Shown: positions 1 to 10,647, numbered from the stretch's first letter. The stretch is 64,000 nucleotides of DNA from a bacterium (GCA_963676395.1 OY781066.1:1792001-1856000), one strand, 5' to 3'. The notes: a model not told the origin generated them from the sequence alone. Numbers and translations are program-made.

Positions 1-1187
1 ACGCCATCAATCTCTTTAGTAATTACATTAGGCTTAGATACCATCAATTCATAGCCTTCACGACGCATGGTTTCGATCAATACTGCCATTTGAAGTTCAC
101 CGCGACCACAGACTTCAAAAGCATCGGCTCTTGGGGTGGGTTTTACTTGAATAGAGACATTTGATAAAACTTCACGCTCTAATCTTTCTTTAATATTTCT
201 TGAAGTTAAAAATTTGCCTTCTTTTCCGGCGAAGGGTCCATTGTTAACATAAAAAACCATAGAAATGGTCGGGTCATCAACTTTGATCCTGGGCAAAACG
301 ACAGGTGTTTCATTATCTGATATTGTATCACCAATATTGATCCTATCAATTCCCGCAAGTGCAATGATATCACCTGCATGTAGTTTTTCAACCGGCACAC
401 GTTTTAATCCCTGGAAGGTATAGAGAGCAGAGAATTTCACATTATGGTGAATCTCATCTTCTGTGCAGTGAGCATAAGGTTTTTGGAATTCAATAACACC
501 ACTTAGCAGGCGACCGATAGCGATTTGACCAACATAATTGTCATAAGCCAGATTTGTTACAAGAAAAGATACTTTTCCGTCATCGTTGGCTTCGGGGCCG
601 GGGATTTCTTTTATTAATGTTTCAAAAAGAGGAGTAAGATCATCTGAGCCATCATCAAGTTTTGTATGGGCGATGCCGACTTTGGCATTTGTATATAAGA
701 TGGGGAATTCCAATTGCTCGTCATTGGCCCCAAGGTCAATGAAAAGATCATATACTTCATCGATTACTTCATCAATACGGCGATCTTTACGATCGATCTT
801 ATTAATAACAAGAATGACCGGAAGTGTGCGAGCTAAAGCCTTCTTGAGAACAAAACGCGTTTGAGGTAAAGGACCTTCGGAAGCATCAACCAATAATAAT
901 ACACCATCGATCATATTTAATGAACGCTCAACCTCACCACCAAAATCGGCATGGCCCGGTGTATCTACAATGTTGATTTTGATGTCACCATATTTAATTG
1001 CCGTATTTTTAGCCGAAATGGTGATGCCTCGCTCGCGTTCCAGATCCATGGAATCCATGACTCGAGTTTCAACTTCCTGGTTTTGCCTAAAAGTACCACT
1101 CTGTTTAAGCATACCATCAATGAGCGTTGTTTTACCATGATCAACATGTGCGATAATGGCGATATTTCTTATGGAATCTTTTCTCAC
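1..1187 (-). CDS. typA: Translational GTPase TypA/BipA (runs off the window edge)
   Basis: Manual translation from GTG at 1187 (AAGGAA RBS upstream): [22 protein letters not shown]...ERGITI...[14 protein letters not shown]...NKID. Absent from the ORF track because the stop is outside the window. Confidence 0.95.
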   Translation of the reverse strand, partial: MRKDSIRNIAIIAHVDHGKTTLIDGMLKQSGTFRQNQEVETRVMDSMDLERERGITISAKNTAIKYGDIKINIVDTPGHADFGGEVERSLNMIDGVLLLVDASEGPLPQTRFVLKKALARTLPVILVINKIDRKDRRIDEVIDEVYDLFIDLGANDEQLEFPILYTNAKVGIAHTKLDDGSDDLTPLFETLIKEIPGPEANDDGKVSFLVTNLAYDNYVGQIAIGRLLSGVIEFQKPYAHCTEDEIHHNVKFSALYTFQGLKRVPVEKLHAGDIIALAGIDRINIGDTISDNETPVVLPRIKVDDPTISMVFYVNNGPFAGKEGKFLTSRNIKERLEREVLSNVSIQVKPTPRADAFEVCGRGELQMAVLIETMRREGYELMVSKPNVITKEIDG

Positions 1188-1371
1188 TTTGTTCCTTTCG
1201 TGATTAATGCCGAATATAGTTCCTAAAGGGACAAGAGACAAGAGGCAAATGCCAATAAATGAGATAATTATGAAATAAAATACTGACCCTAAACTCAATA
1301 AATCAGGTGAAAATCCAAGTCTATTGAATATTATATTCTGCTTGCTATCTGTTGGTTTCTGGCTTTTAGAG

Positions 1372-1442
1372 AGCGGGTGAAGGGAATCGAACCCTCGTAT
1401 TTAGCTTGGGAAGCTAATGTTCTGCCATTGAACTACACCCGC
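1372..1442 (-). tRNA. tRNA-Gly (CCC)
   Basis: Reverse complement GCGGGTGTAGTTCAATGGCAGAACATTAGCTTCCCAAGCTAAATACGAGGGTTCGATTCCCTTCACCCGCT forms a cloverleaf with anticodon CCC and a GTTCGA T-loop. Confidence 0.95.
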
Positions 1443-1514
1443 AGGAAGAGGAAAAAAAGTCCTCTGTATCAAATTAACAATTCGGTTTATTTATCACCGA
1501 TCAACGTTTATAGA

Positions 1515-2708
1515 CTAATGATACCGTTTTTTTACAAATTCCGCAACTTTAGTGTAAGCCTTTTCGAGAATTTTTTCATTAGGTAGATAAACGATACGGA
1601 TATGCTGGGTACCTGGTTTCTGACCAAAACCGCTACCGTGAACGGTGACAACACCTGTTTCACGAATAAGGTCTTTAACAAAGTCTTCATCTTTGTCGGG
1701 GATGTTCAATGTGGGGAATGCATAGAAAGCCCCTTTAGGTACGGTGCAATTGAATTCATCAAGATCATTTAACATGTTTACGGTCATATCACGCGAAGCT
1801 TTTAATTTTTTCAGCATAACCTGAATATGGTCTTGCGGGCCGTCCAGAGCGGCTTTAATGGCAAATTGTACCGGGTGTGAAGCACTTAAACGAGCACGAG
1901 CCATTTTGTTGACCGCTTCAATGTAATCTTTCATGATGTCGATAGGGCCACTGTAAATTCCCCAACCGATTCTAAATCCGGGTACAATGTAGGATTTAGA
2001 CAGACCGTTAAACGTTACGATAGGAACATCACTGCACAGGGATCCCATTGATGTATATGTATTATCATCAAAGAGGAGCTTATCGTAGATCTCATCAGAG
2101 AACAATAGTAGATCATATTTTCTTGCAAGATCAATGATCTGTTCCAGTGTTTCTTTTGGATAGATAGCACCTGTAGGATTGTTAGGATTGATCACGACGA
2201 TGGCGCGAGTTTTGTCATTGATACGGCTTTCGATGTCAGCTACGTCAAGATTCCAGTCATCTTCTTCATTTAAGTAATATGGGTTTACTTCTGCATCCAG
2301 TTTAGCAAGAATGGATGAATAAAGGGGATAACCGGGTTGAGGTAGTAGAACATTGTCACCTTTTTCCAGTAAAGCGGTCAATGACAGTTCAATTGCTTCA
2401 CTGGCACCATGTGTTACAATAATATCCTGTATATCTTTGATACCATTTCTTTCTGCCTGACGGTGAATAGAATCACGTGCTTCGGCAGTGCCGGGTGAAG
2501 GAGAATAACCATTGTAGTTATCTATCATGGCCTGATTTACAGCTTCGATCATATGTTTTGGCGGTGCAAAATCAAAAATATTCGGGTCACCGATATTTAA
2601 GAACGTCATTTCTTTGCCACTGGCTTTGACTTCGTTTGCCAAGCCGACAACTTCACGGATCGCATAGCGAATGTTCTCGACGCGTGCTGCGGGAGTGATC
2701 TTTTTCAT
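1515..2708 (-). CDS. Class I/II PLP-dependent aminotransferase (AlaA/alanine aminotransferase-like)
   Basis: LNIGDP, INPNNPTG, SDEIYD and GLSKSY..PGFRIGW (PLP lysine) motifs. Confidence 0.9.
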   Translation of the reverse strand: MKKITPAARVENIRYAIREVVGLANEVKASGKEMTFLNIGDPNIFDFAPPKHMIEAVNQAMIDNYNGYSPSPGTAEARDSIHRQAERNGIKDIQDIIVTHGASEAIELSLTALLEKGDNVLLPQPGYPLYSSILAKLDAEVNPYYLNEEDDWNLDVADIESRINDKTRAIVVINPNNPTGAIYPKETLEQIIDLARKYDLLLFSDEIYDKLLFDDNTYTSMGSLCSDVPIVTFNGLSKSYIVPGFRIGWGIYSGPIDIMKDYIEAVNKMARARLSASHPVQFAIKAALDGPQDHIQVMLKKLKASRDMTVNMLNDLDEFNCTVPKGAFYAFPTLNIPDKDEDFVKDLIRETGVVTVHGSGFGQKPGTQHIRIVYLPNEKILEKAYTKVAEFVKKRYH

Positions 2709-2842
2709 TTAAAGCCTCTTAGTTTAATGAACCCTAAATTTACATATTTTTAATCATTTAAGTCAAGAATAACATCCCCTTGTTTATTGGGATTTGACTG
2801 CTCATCGAAGCTTCAGCACAGGCGGGTTTCTTGATGTAAATG

Positions 2843-2867
2843 AAAAACCCTGCCGTCGGACAGGGTT
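2843..2867 (-). terminator. Putative intrinsic terminator after tRNA-Gly(GCC)
   Basis: aaccctg...cagggtt hairpin followed by a T-run on the minus strand. Confidence 0.6.
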
Positions 2868-2870
2868 GTG

Positions 2871-2942
2871 AGCGAGAGACGAGATTCGAACTCGCGACAG
2901 CCACGTTGGCAACGTGGGGCTCTACCACTGAGCTACTCTCGC
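2871..2942 (-). tRNA. tRNA-Gly (GCC)
   Basis: Reverse complement GCGAGAGTAGCTCAGTGGTAGAGCCCCACGTTGCCAACGTGGCTGTCGCGAGTTCGAATCTCGTCTCTCGCT; anticodon GCC. Confidence 0.95.
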
Positions 2943-2963
2943 ATGTCATTTAAAAAGCCAAAA

Positions 2964-2992
2964 ATTATAACGTTAAAAATTCTTATTTGCAA
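2964..2992 (-). promoter_or_regulatory. Sigma70-type promoter of tRNA-Gly(GCC)
   Basis: Minus strand reads TTGCAA-17 bp-TATAAT, about 20 bp upstream of the tRNA. Confidence 0.7.
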
Positions 2993-3054
2993 GGAAAAAT
3001 GTATCAAAATTGCACAAAGTTTTTTATTATACACGGATAATTGAAAGGAAAAAG

Positions 3055-4851
3055 ATGAAAAGAGTATTAACAGTCCTGTTTACCCTGATAGCGGTAGTGC
3101 TTTTTGCCGATGAGAATGTAGTCTCGGCAAAAATAAATTATGAAAGCAATGAAATTGAAGCCGGCAAAGATCTTGTCATACTGGTTGACGTTAATATAAA
3201 AGATGGGTGGCATATTAATTCAGCCAAAGTATTGGATGAATATTCTATTCCCACACAAGTCTCCCTGGAAAGTGGAGAAGGTTTTTCCATTAAGAGCGTT
3301 AATTATCCCGAAGGTGAGATCGTAGCGATCTCCTGGGGTGGTAATATGTCGTTATACGAAGGAAAGCTAAGTATACCTCTAAAGATAAGCACCGATCCGG
3401 ATCTGGCAGTAGGCCTGCATGTGCTAAAACTAAAAATATCTTATCAAGCTTGTAATAATGCAACTTGCATGTCACCTGACAATATTATTGTTGGAACAGA
3501 TATTAGAGTTCTTGAAAATAAGGGGACGATATCGACTCAGGAGCAAGTTGAAAATAAGTCATCAGAAGATAATGTTCAGGAAGCAAGTTCTGGGCAGCAG
3601 GAAGAATCAATTGAAGAGGCAATCGTAGCTTCAAGTGAAAACGATAATGAAGGCGGTCCATTTAGAAATAAAAGTTTGATCGTAGTTTTAATGATTGTTT
3701 TTGTTATGGGACTGGCTTTGAATTTAACACCGTGCGTTTATCCTCTTATTCCTATTACAATGGGATATTTTCTGGCTCAAAAAGAATCTCGATCACCGGT
3801 ATTGTTGGCGGTAATGTATGTTTTGGGTCTAGCGATCACTTATTCTATTATCGGTACATTGGCAGCTTTTGGCGGCTCAATGATGGGGTCGCTTTTGGCA
3901 CATCCGGCTACACTGATATTTTTTGCCGCTTTGATGTTGGCCTTATCTCTTTCTATGTTCGGTTTGTATGAATTTAAATTACCCGATGCCTTGACGCAAG
4001 TGGGTGGTGGTTCGCGTTCAGGAGCTATAGGTGCTCTGATCATGGGCTTGACCATGGGAATAGTTGCCGCACCATGTGTCGGTCCTTTTGTTGTATCTCT
4101 CCTGTCATTCGTTGCTCAGAGCGGTTCAGTATTTATTGGTTTTATCACATTCTTCTTTTTGGCTTTAGGCTTAGGCTTGCCATATCTTTTCTTGGGTATA
4201 TTCTCAAATAAGATTTCCGCTTTGCCACGCTCCGGAGAGTGGCTGAACGGTGTAAGGATTTTCTTTGGTTTGGCATTGATAGGTATGAGTATCTATTTTG
4301 TAAAACCTTTACTTTCCGGCATGGTATCTGAATTGCTCCTTCCTGTTTACATGATAGCTGCGGCCGTATATTATGGAGTGATTGATTCAGCGGGTCTTTC
4401 GGTAAAATGGTTTTCACGGTTCAAAGTCATTCTTGCTATGTTGGCCTTGGCCCTTGGTATTTTAATGTTGAAACCTGTTGCAGCTCCGGAAAGGGAAATG
4501 ACGTGGGAAAACTATTCCGAAACTAAATTGGAATTAGCGCTTGAAGCGGGTGAACCGGTAATAATTGATTTTTATGCCGATTGGTGTAATCCCTGTAAAG
4601 AATTGGAGCATATTACTTTTACTGACCCCGCCGTACAGGAAATATTGGAAGATTTTGTACGTTTTAAAGTTAATCTGACGGTGGTAAATGACAGTACGAA
4701 TGCCATTAAAGGAAATTTTGAAATACCCGGTGTTCCCACAATTTTATTTTATGATGAAGATGGAATTGAAAGAAAAGACCTAAGATTAAATGGTTTTGAA
4801 AAACCGGGGAAATTTGTTCAACGACTTCAGAAACTCGAAGAGGATAAGTAG
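3055..4851 (+). CDS. dsbD: Protein-disulfide reductase DsbD
   Basis: Signal peptide, N-terminal domain with QACNNATC, TM domain with LTPCVYP and AAPCVGP, C-terminal thioredoxin ADWCNPCK. ATG at 3055 follows GAAAGGA. Confidence 0.92.
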   Translation: MKRVLTVLFTLIAVVLFADENVVSAKINYESNEIEAGKDLVILVDVNIKDGWHINSAKVLDEYSIPTQVSLESGEGFSIKSVNYPEGEIVAISWGGNMSLYEGKLSIPLKISTDPDLAVGLHVLKLKISYQACNNATCMSPDNIIVGTDIRVLENKGTISTQEQVENKSSEDNVQEASSGQQEESIEEAIVASSENDNEGGPFRNKSLIVVLMIVFVMGLALNLTPCVYPLIPITMGYFLAQKESRSPVLLAVMYVLGLAITYSIIGTLAAFGGSMMGSLLAHPATLIFFAALMLALSLSMFGLYEFKLPDALTQVGGGSRSGAIGALIMGLTMGIVAAPCVGPFVVSLLSFVAQSGSVFIGFITFFFLALGLGLPYLFLGIFSNKISALPRSGEWLNGVRIFFGLALIGMSIYFVKPLLSGMVSELLLPVYMIAAAVYYGVIDSAGLSVKWFSRFKVILAMLALALGILMLKPVAAPEREMTWENYSETKLELALEAGEPVIIDFYADWCNPCKELEHITFTDPAVQEILEDFVRFKVNLTVVNDSTNAIKGNFEIPGVPTILFYDEDGIERKDLRLNGFEKPGKFVQRLQKLEEDK

Positions 4852-4897
4852 TATTTCAAGATTGTTTAAGTGCGAAGCAATGAATATATTTTAACCT

Positions 4898-5251
4898 ATG
4901 ACAAAAATGATCCAAAATAGAGAAAAACTCCGGTGGGTTTTTCAGCGTTTGAGCGGCTTGCAGCTATTGCTCTGTTTTGGAGTTCATATCTGGGTTTTTT
5001 ATTTTAAGCTCGAAAGACCGGTTGAGCTTGAGAGCCTTCAGAAAATATTCTCACATGCCGGATGGGTCATTTTTTACGCACTTTTTATTTCGCTTATCGT
5101 TTATCATGCTTTTTCTGGATTATGGACAGTATTGACCGATAATAATCCATCAAAGTCTTATAAAAGAAACTGGAAAATAATACTTTGGACAAGTGCTGTT
5201 GTTTTAATTATTGTTACGACTTGGAATTTGATTTTGATAGGGCGTGCATGA
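4898..5251 (+). CDS. sdhD: Succinate dehydrogenase membrane anchor (SdhD-like)
   Basis: WVFQRLSG...YHAFSGLWTVLTD, three TM helices, first gene of the sdh operon. Confidence 0.7.
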   Translation: MTKMIQNREKLRWVFQRLSGLQLLLCFGVHIWVFYFKLERPVELESLQKIFSHAGWVIFYALFISLIVYHAFSGLWTVLTDNNPSKSYKRNWKIILWTSAVVLIIVTTWNLILIGRA

Positions 5252-5628
5252 AAAAGAATAGTACTTTTAATCATTATCGCATGAATTTTAGATTAGGGAC
5301 TTTTTCTTTTCTAAGTCATCGTATTTCTGGGATCTTTCTTGTTATTACAGGTGTGGTAATGTTGCTTGGACTTTCGGTGATCATGTTTGGTCGAGTACCC
5401 TTTGAGGGGCTGTTGATCACTTTGAAGTTGCCGGTTTTTGTTGTAATAGCTCATATAATTGCCATTGTATTCTTTTGGCATGTGCTTAATGGTATAAAAA
5501 TACTTTTAATTGATGTTTTTAAATTGGGTCCCATTCAGGAGTTGCTAACTTTACTTTGTTTAGGAGCTTTTGCCTTGGGTATTGTTTTGTACTTTGTATA
5601 TGTATTTACCGCGTCGGGAAGCGTATGA
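5248..5628 (+). CDS. sdhC: Succinate dehydrogenase cytochrome b556 subunit (SdhC-like)
   Basis: SHRISG...WHVLNGIKILLID motifs; ATGA overlap with the upstream gene. Confidence 0.75.
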   Translation: MKKNSTFNHYRMNFRLGTFSFLSHRISGIFLVITGVVMLLGLSVIMFGRVPFEGLLITLKLPVFVVIAHIIAIVFFWHVLNGIKILLIDVFKLGPIQELLTLLCLGAFALGIVLYFVYVFTASGSV

Positions 5629-7361
5629 AAAACTACGACCTGATCATTGTCGGTGGTGGTATGGCAGGATTAAGAGCTGCCATTGAAGGTGTGAAAAATG
5701 ATCTTCATGTGGCGGTTATCTCTAAGGTCCATCCATTACGCTCGCATTCGGTTGTAGCATCTGGGGGTATGAATGCCGCTATGCCAAGAAGATCAAGTCC
5801 CGATTCTACAGAGGTACACTACAAAGATACCATGGAGTGCGGTCATCATTCTTCTGAGAATGAAGCACTGAAAATATTTGTTGAAGCAGCTCCACAGAAG
5901 ATCAAAGAGCTGGAGAAATGGGGTTGTTTGTTTTCTAAAGAAAAAGATAGTTCCATTGCCGTAAGAAAAATGGGTGCTTCTTCATATCCCAGAACTATTT
6001 ATTCTTCAGACAAAACCGGACATGTTGTGATGAATACATTGTATGAGCAATGCATTCGCTTACGCCAGAACCGTCCGGATAAATTGAGGTTCTATGATGA
6101 GTGGTTTGTTCAGCGATTACTGGTTAATAATAATACTGCTTATGGTGTCATCGCATTAGAAATAGCCACCGGAAAAATGGAGATATTTTCTTCCAAAGCT
6201 GTTATTTGGGCAACGGGAGGAGCGGGTAGAGTATATGGTTGTACTTCTAATCCATTGACCAATTCAGGATGGGGAATGGCTGTACCTATGTATGCCGGTG
6301 CCGGATTGAGAGATATGGAATATGTTCAATTTCACCCGACACAACTTTCAGGCTCCCATATATTGATCACGGAAGCTGCCAGGGGAGAGGGTGGACATCT
6401 ATTAAACTTGAAAGAAGAAAGATTTTTATCCAGTTATAGAGATACAAAAGAAAAAATGGAGCTTTCTCCCAGAGATGCCATCTCAAGAAATATCAAACGA
6501 GAGATCTTAGCCGGACGCGGTGTTAATGCTACTTGCGTGCATTTGGATCTTAGACATCTTGGTAGTAGGAAATTAAAAAAACAACTTCCCGGAGTTCGAG
6601 AGTTGTGTAAAACTTTTGCGGGACTTGACCCCATAAGGCACATGATTCCTGTCACTCCCGGACAGCATTTTATTATTGGTGGTATAGCCAGCAACGAGAA
6701 AGCAGAGACTGATATTTCCGGTTTTTTTGTAGCCGGAGAATGTGCATGTAACGGAATACACGGTAGTAATCGAATGGGCGGAAATTCATTGATGGAAACA
6801 TTGGTGTTTGGTGAGATCGCCGCAAATAATGCTGCAACACATATAAAACATCGACATCAAAAAGCACCTGCGAAAGAATTTTATAAAAACGCTTTCAGCG
6901 AAGAAAAGAATAAGGTGAAAGATATCCTGTCTTCAAAAGGGAAATACCGCGTGGGTGAGTTGCGTGAAAAAATGCAAGCACTCATGGATGAATATGTTGG
7001 GATATATCGAGATGGTATGGGGCTGATCGAGGCGGCACAGGAAATCAAAGAGTTGAAATCAAAGTTCAGTTCGGATCTTTTTGTAGACGGAAAAAATGCC
7101 AGAGCAAATTATGGATTGATTGATGCAATGGAATTAAAAGGATCTTTAGATCTTGCCGATGTTATCATACAGGCTGCAAGTCGAAGAAAAGAAAGCTGTG
7201 GCGTTCATTTTAGAAACGATTTTCCGAATAGTAAGGGCAGACCACGATATTCTTTAACGAAATTAAAGAAAAACCGTTTACAAATAAGGTATTTCCCCGT
7301 AAAAGTAAAAAGTAATCCTATTAATGCTTTGTTAAGTGAATCGGGACTACTAAAACCATGA
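5625..7361 (+). CDS. sdhA: Succinate dehydrogenase/fumarate reductase flavoprotein subunit
   Basis: GGGMAG, RSHSVVASGG (covalent FAD His), QFHPT, EAARGEGG, HGSNRMGGNSL. Confidence 0.92.
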   Translation: MKNYDLIIVGGGMAGLRAAIEGVKNDLHVAVISKVHPLRSHSVVASGGMNAAMPRRSSPDSTEVHYKDTMECGHHSSENEALKIFVEAAPQKIKELEKWGCLFSKEKDSSIAVRKMGASSYPRTIYSSDKTGHVVMNTLYEQCIRLRQNRPDKLRFYDEWFVQRLLVNNNTAYGVIALEIATGKMEIFSSKAVIWATGGAGRVYGCTSNPLTNSGWGMAVPMYAGAGLRDMEYVQFHPTQLSGSHILITEAARGEGGHLLNLKEERFLSSYRDTKEKMELSPRDAISRNIKREILAGRGVNATCVHLDLRHLGSRKLKKQLPGVRELCKTFAGLDPIRHMIPVTPGQHFIIGGIASNEKAETDISGFFVAGECACNGIHGSNRMGGNSLMETLVFGEIAANNAATHIKHRHQKAPAKEFYKNAFSEEKNKVKDILSSKGKYRVGELREKMQALMDEYVGIYRDGMGLIEAAQEIKELKSKFSSDLFVDGKNARANYGLIDAMELKGSLDLADVIIQAASRRKESCGVHFRNDFPNSKGRPRYSLTKLKKNRLQIRYFPVKVKSNPINALLSESGLLKP

Positions 7362-8035
7362 GTGTAAAAAATTATAAAATATCAGTGTTTAGATTTGATC
7401 CGCTTGTTGATACCAAACATCGATTTGAAACATATTCGGTACCGGTCGATCGAGCCAAAACGGTTTTAGATGCTCTACTGTATGTGCGGGATTATGTCGA
7501 TTCAACATTAGCGTTTAGATCTTCTTGTGCTCAGGGGAGATGCGGTTCATGTATAATGCATATAAATGGGAAATATTCTTTAGCCTGCGAAACTTTTCTA
7601 AAAAAAGGGAAAAATATTGTTCGTCCTATTGCTCAATTGGAGATCATAAAAGATGTTATGGTTGATATGGACCCGTTTTGGGCAAAATACGAATCTATAC
7701 GACCTTATCTTGTCAGGCATAGTGGAGAGAGCGGACAATCTTATGAGAACCGAAGAGAGATGGATACCATTATAGATTGTATTCTTTGTGGAGCATGTTA
7801 TTCCGCTTGTATGATGACTGGAATGAACCCGGAGTTCCATGGCCCGGCAGCATATGTGGCCTTAAATAGGTTTTTGAAAGATGAGAGAGATAGTCTTTAC
7901 GAGCAGCGGATGGAGTTGATAAAAGGTGAAAACGGTGTATTTAGATGTCACAGTATGTATAACTGTAATCATGCCTGCCCTAAAAATGTAAAACCATCAG
8001 AAAACATATTGGAAATTAAAAAAAATATCGGTTAA
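7358..8035 (+). CDS. sdhB: Succinate dehydrogenase/fumarate reductase Fe-S subunit
   Basis: SCAQGRCGSC, CILCGACYSAC and CHSMYNCNHACP cluster motifs. Confidence 0.92.
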   Translation: MSVKNYKISVFRFDPLVDTKHRFETYSVPVDRAKTVLDALLYVRDYVDSTLAFRSSCAQGRCGSCIMHINGKYSLACETFLKKGKNIVRPIAQLEIIKDVMVDMDPFWAKYESIRPYLVRHSGESGQSYENRREMDTIIDCILCGACYSACMMTGMNPEFHGPAAYVALNRFLKDERDSLYEQRMELIKGENGVFRCHSMYNCNHACPKNVKPSENILEIKKNIG

Positions 8036-8073
8036 ATTTCATAGTAAGTTGCTAAGCAAAAAAGGAGCCTCTT

Positions 8074-9426
8074 GTGGAAAAAACCATCTCTCGACAAATT
8101 GCAGAATATGCGGTGAATTTACGTTATGAAGACCTTCCCGAAGAAGTGATTTATGAGGTAAAAAGATACTTGTATGATTCGATTGGATGTGCTTTAGGAT
8201 CTATGCACACTAAAGATGTAAACATAATAAAAGACATTTATGAAGAAATGGGGGGCAAAGAAGAGGCTACCATTTTTGGATTTGGTTTAAAAATGCCGGC
8301 AGTTCAAGCCAGTTTTTTAAATGCCTTGATGATCCGTGCTTTAGATTATAATGATATCTACTGGAAAGAAGATCCCTCTCATCCCTCAGATATTATTCCC
8401 GCTGCTTTGGCTATGGGTGAAAGAGTAGGGGCATCTATGAAGGATGTTATCGTAGCTATTGTTCTTGCTTATGAATTTGAACAACGTATTTGTGAATTTG
8501 CCAAACCGGGTGTTCGTGAAAGAAAATGGCATCATGCTACATTGACTCAATTTGTTTCACCTATTGTAGCAGGTAAAGTATTGGGGCTTAATGTTGACCA
8601 AATGGTAAATGCTATCGGTATTTCAGCTTGCCATAATCATACGATAGGTTGTCCGACAGCCGGTAAATTAACCATGATGAAAAACACGGTTGACCCCATG
8701 TCTACTCAGTCCGGTGTGCTTGCTGCATTAATGGCAGAAAAAGGTTACACCGGCACCGAAGCGATCTTTGAAGGTAAAGAAGGCTTCATGGATGTTTTTG
8801 GTCCTGATTGGGATGTTGAAGCCATGTTGGGAGGTTTGGGTGAATCGTACAGAATACTCCAGTGTTCAATGAAAGCCTTCCCCACAGAAGCTTTGACTCA
8901 CACTCATATATCAGCTACAATCAAAATTATGACAGAAAACGAAATTTCTTATAAAGATATTGATACAGTTAAGATCACAACGATCGCAAGAGCTTGCGAT
9001 ATTCTTTTTGATCCCCATAAATATCGTCCTACATCAAGAGAAACCGCAGATCACAGTTTACCTTATTGTATCGCTTGTGCTTTGGTAGATAAAAAGGTAA
9101 CAACCAAGAGTTTTGATGACGAAAAGATCCAAGATCCACGGATTTGGGAGGTGATCGATAAAATTCAAGGGGAAGCCTCAGAAGAATTTGAAAAAATGTT
9201 TCCTGCGAAACAACCTTCAAGAGTAACGATAACAACAGTTGATGGTAAAGAATATACCTTGTATCTTGAATATCCTAAAGGTGATCCTCGTGAACCTATG
9301 ACGATGGATGATCTTGATGCGAAAATTGATGCACTTTGTGGTGATAGCTATGATGTTGAAGCAATGAAAACAAAAATATTTGCTTGTGAACAAGTAAGTG
9401 CCAAAGAATTTATGGCCTCGATATAG
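8074..9426 (+). CDS. prpD: MmgE/PrpD family protein (2-methylcitrate dehydratase-like)
   Basis: RALDYND, HPSDIIPA, RETADHSLPY, PKGDPREP. Confidence 0.85.
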   Translation: MEKTISRQIAEYAVNLRYEDLPEEVIYEVKRYLYDSIGCALGSMHTKDVNIIKDIYEEMGGKEEATIFGFGLKMPAVQASFLNALMIRALDYNDIYWKEDPSHPSDIIPAALAMGERVGASMKDVIVAIVLAYEFEQRICEFAKPGVRERKWHHATLTQFVSPIVAGKVLGLNVDQMVNAIGISACHNHTIGCPTAGKLTMMKNTVDPMSTQSGVLAALMAEKGYTGTEAIFEGKEGFMDVFGPDWDVEAMLGGLGESYRILQCSMKAFPTEALTHTHISATIKIMTENEISYKDIDTVKITTIARACDILFDPHKYRPTSRETADHSLPYCIACALVDKKVTTKSFDDEKIQDPRIWEVIDKIQGEASEEFEKMFPAKQPSRVTITTVDGKEYTLYLEYPKGDPREPMTMDDLDAKIDALCGDSYDVEAMKTKIFACEQVSAKEFMASI

Positions 9427-9528
9427 GGGTATAAAGCCTTACAAAGACATTGACTTACTTGTATTAGTTTGTTACTTTATTACAAATATTGTCTATTAAG
9501 TTATTGACGATAAATTTAGGAGTCAGTA

Positions 9529-10509
9529 ATGCGTTCAAAAATAATTTCTATCATGCTTGCAATTTTATTGGCTTTTGGTCTATTTGCTGAAGATAAAAAG
9601 AGTCGAAAAGACTTTTTTAAAGAGTTTTACGGCACTTATTTCAAAGCTTCAGGCATCGAATTGCCACAAGATAAAGTTGAAAGTGGAGAAATTGGATTAG
9701 AAGATGTGATCAAGCAACTTGAAGCACGCTATGGTATTGACATTCCTTTGGAAGACGAGTTGAAATTCAAGACGGTTGAAGAAGTCGCCGAGTACGTCAA
9801 TAAAATGGTTAAAGAAAATGGTGATCTAAGTGTGCCGGAAGAAATTATGGCAACAATTGAGGCACCTGAAGATACCAGTACGAATGTAAGAAAACGAGAA
9901 ACATGGGCAATAAATCTATATTCATCCTATGGCTTAGTTGAACCAATGGGTTTAACCGGGGATCATGGTTGGGACGGAAATGTTTCGGGATATCAAGCAT
10001 TTAATGTGCTTGAAAATATGTTTACTTTTGATGCGGGAGTCATGTTTCACCCTTATGCATTGACCAAGAAAGAAAAACATATTCCAAATTCTCTTGGATT
10101 AGCCTTTGACTATGCTTCATTCAATCATTGGGGTGCTCATTCTGCATTTCCTGTTGATACTACCGCTACTCGCTGGGGTTTAAGTTTTGTTCTCCAACAA
10201 GATATTACAGGTAGAAAAAATCCTTGGGCTGATGCCGGAATATATTTGCAGGAAAGCATTAAGGTTTCTTTCCATGATTTTGGATACTATGATGATTTTA
10301 TTCAAGGAAACAATTATTTGTCAATTGGTCTTGGTTTGACTGAAGGATTTTATGTGTCGATATTTGATATAAAGCTTTATCAAACAATTGCTTATAGTCC
10401 AGCTTTACATGCGGCATATCCCTCTCTAAGCGTTCTAGATTTCTCATATCAAGGCGGAATTCTTGATTATGAAATTGGTTTACGTGTAGGAGTGGCGATT
10501 AAAATTTAG
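9529..10509 (+). CDS. Exported hypothetical protein: ACP-like N-terminal domain plus probable outer-membrane beta-barrel
   Basis: Signal peptide; LEARYGIDIPLEDELKFKTVEEVAEYV resembles ACP helices II-IV; amphipathic beta-strands ending YEIGLRVGVAIKI. Confidence 0.55.
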   Translation: MRSKIISIMLAILLAFGLFAEDKKSRKDFFKEFYGTYFKASGIELPQDKVESGEIGLEDVIKQLEARYGIDIPLEDELKFKTVEEVAEYVNKMVKENGDLSVPEEIMATIEAPEDTSTNVRKRETWAINLYSSYGLVEPMGLTGDHGWDGNVSGYQAFNVLENMFTFDAGVMFHPYALTKKEKHIPNSLGLAFDYASFNHWGAHSAFPVDTTATRWGLSFVLQQDITGRKNPWADAGIYLQESIKVSFHDFGYYDDFIQGNNYLSIGLGLTEGFYVSIFDIKLYQTIAYSPALHAAYPSLSVLDFSYQGGILDYEIGLRVGVAIKI

Positions 10510-10554
10510 CTACAAGAAGCGTTAAAATTAAAAGTTCGAATAAATCAAATTAGT

Positions 10555-10583
10555 TTGACATTCGCATAAATCGACGGTATATT
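10555..10583 (+). promoter_or_regulatory. Sigma70-type promoter
   Basis: TTGACA-17 bp-TATATT upstream of the ORF starting at 10648. Confidence 0.65.
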
Positions 10584-10647
10584 AAGTTTAATGATTGAAT
10601 TTGAAAGTTTTATAAAAAATGAAAGAATAATAGAGGAGTTTAGAAAA

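Noticed and set aside
206..1226. Four short ORFs in the ORF track
   Set aside because: They are shadow or out-of-frame ORFs of typA, which the track missed because it is truncated by the window edge.
1377..1586. Short ORFs overlapping the tRNA-Gly genes (also 2758..2949)
   Set aside because: They are translations of tRNA sequence.
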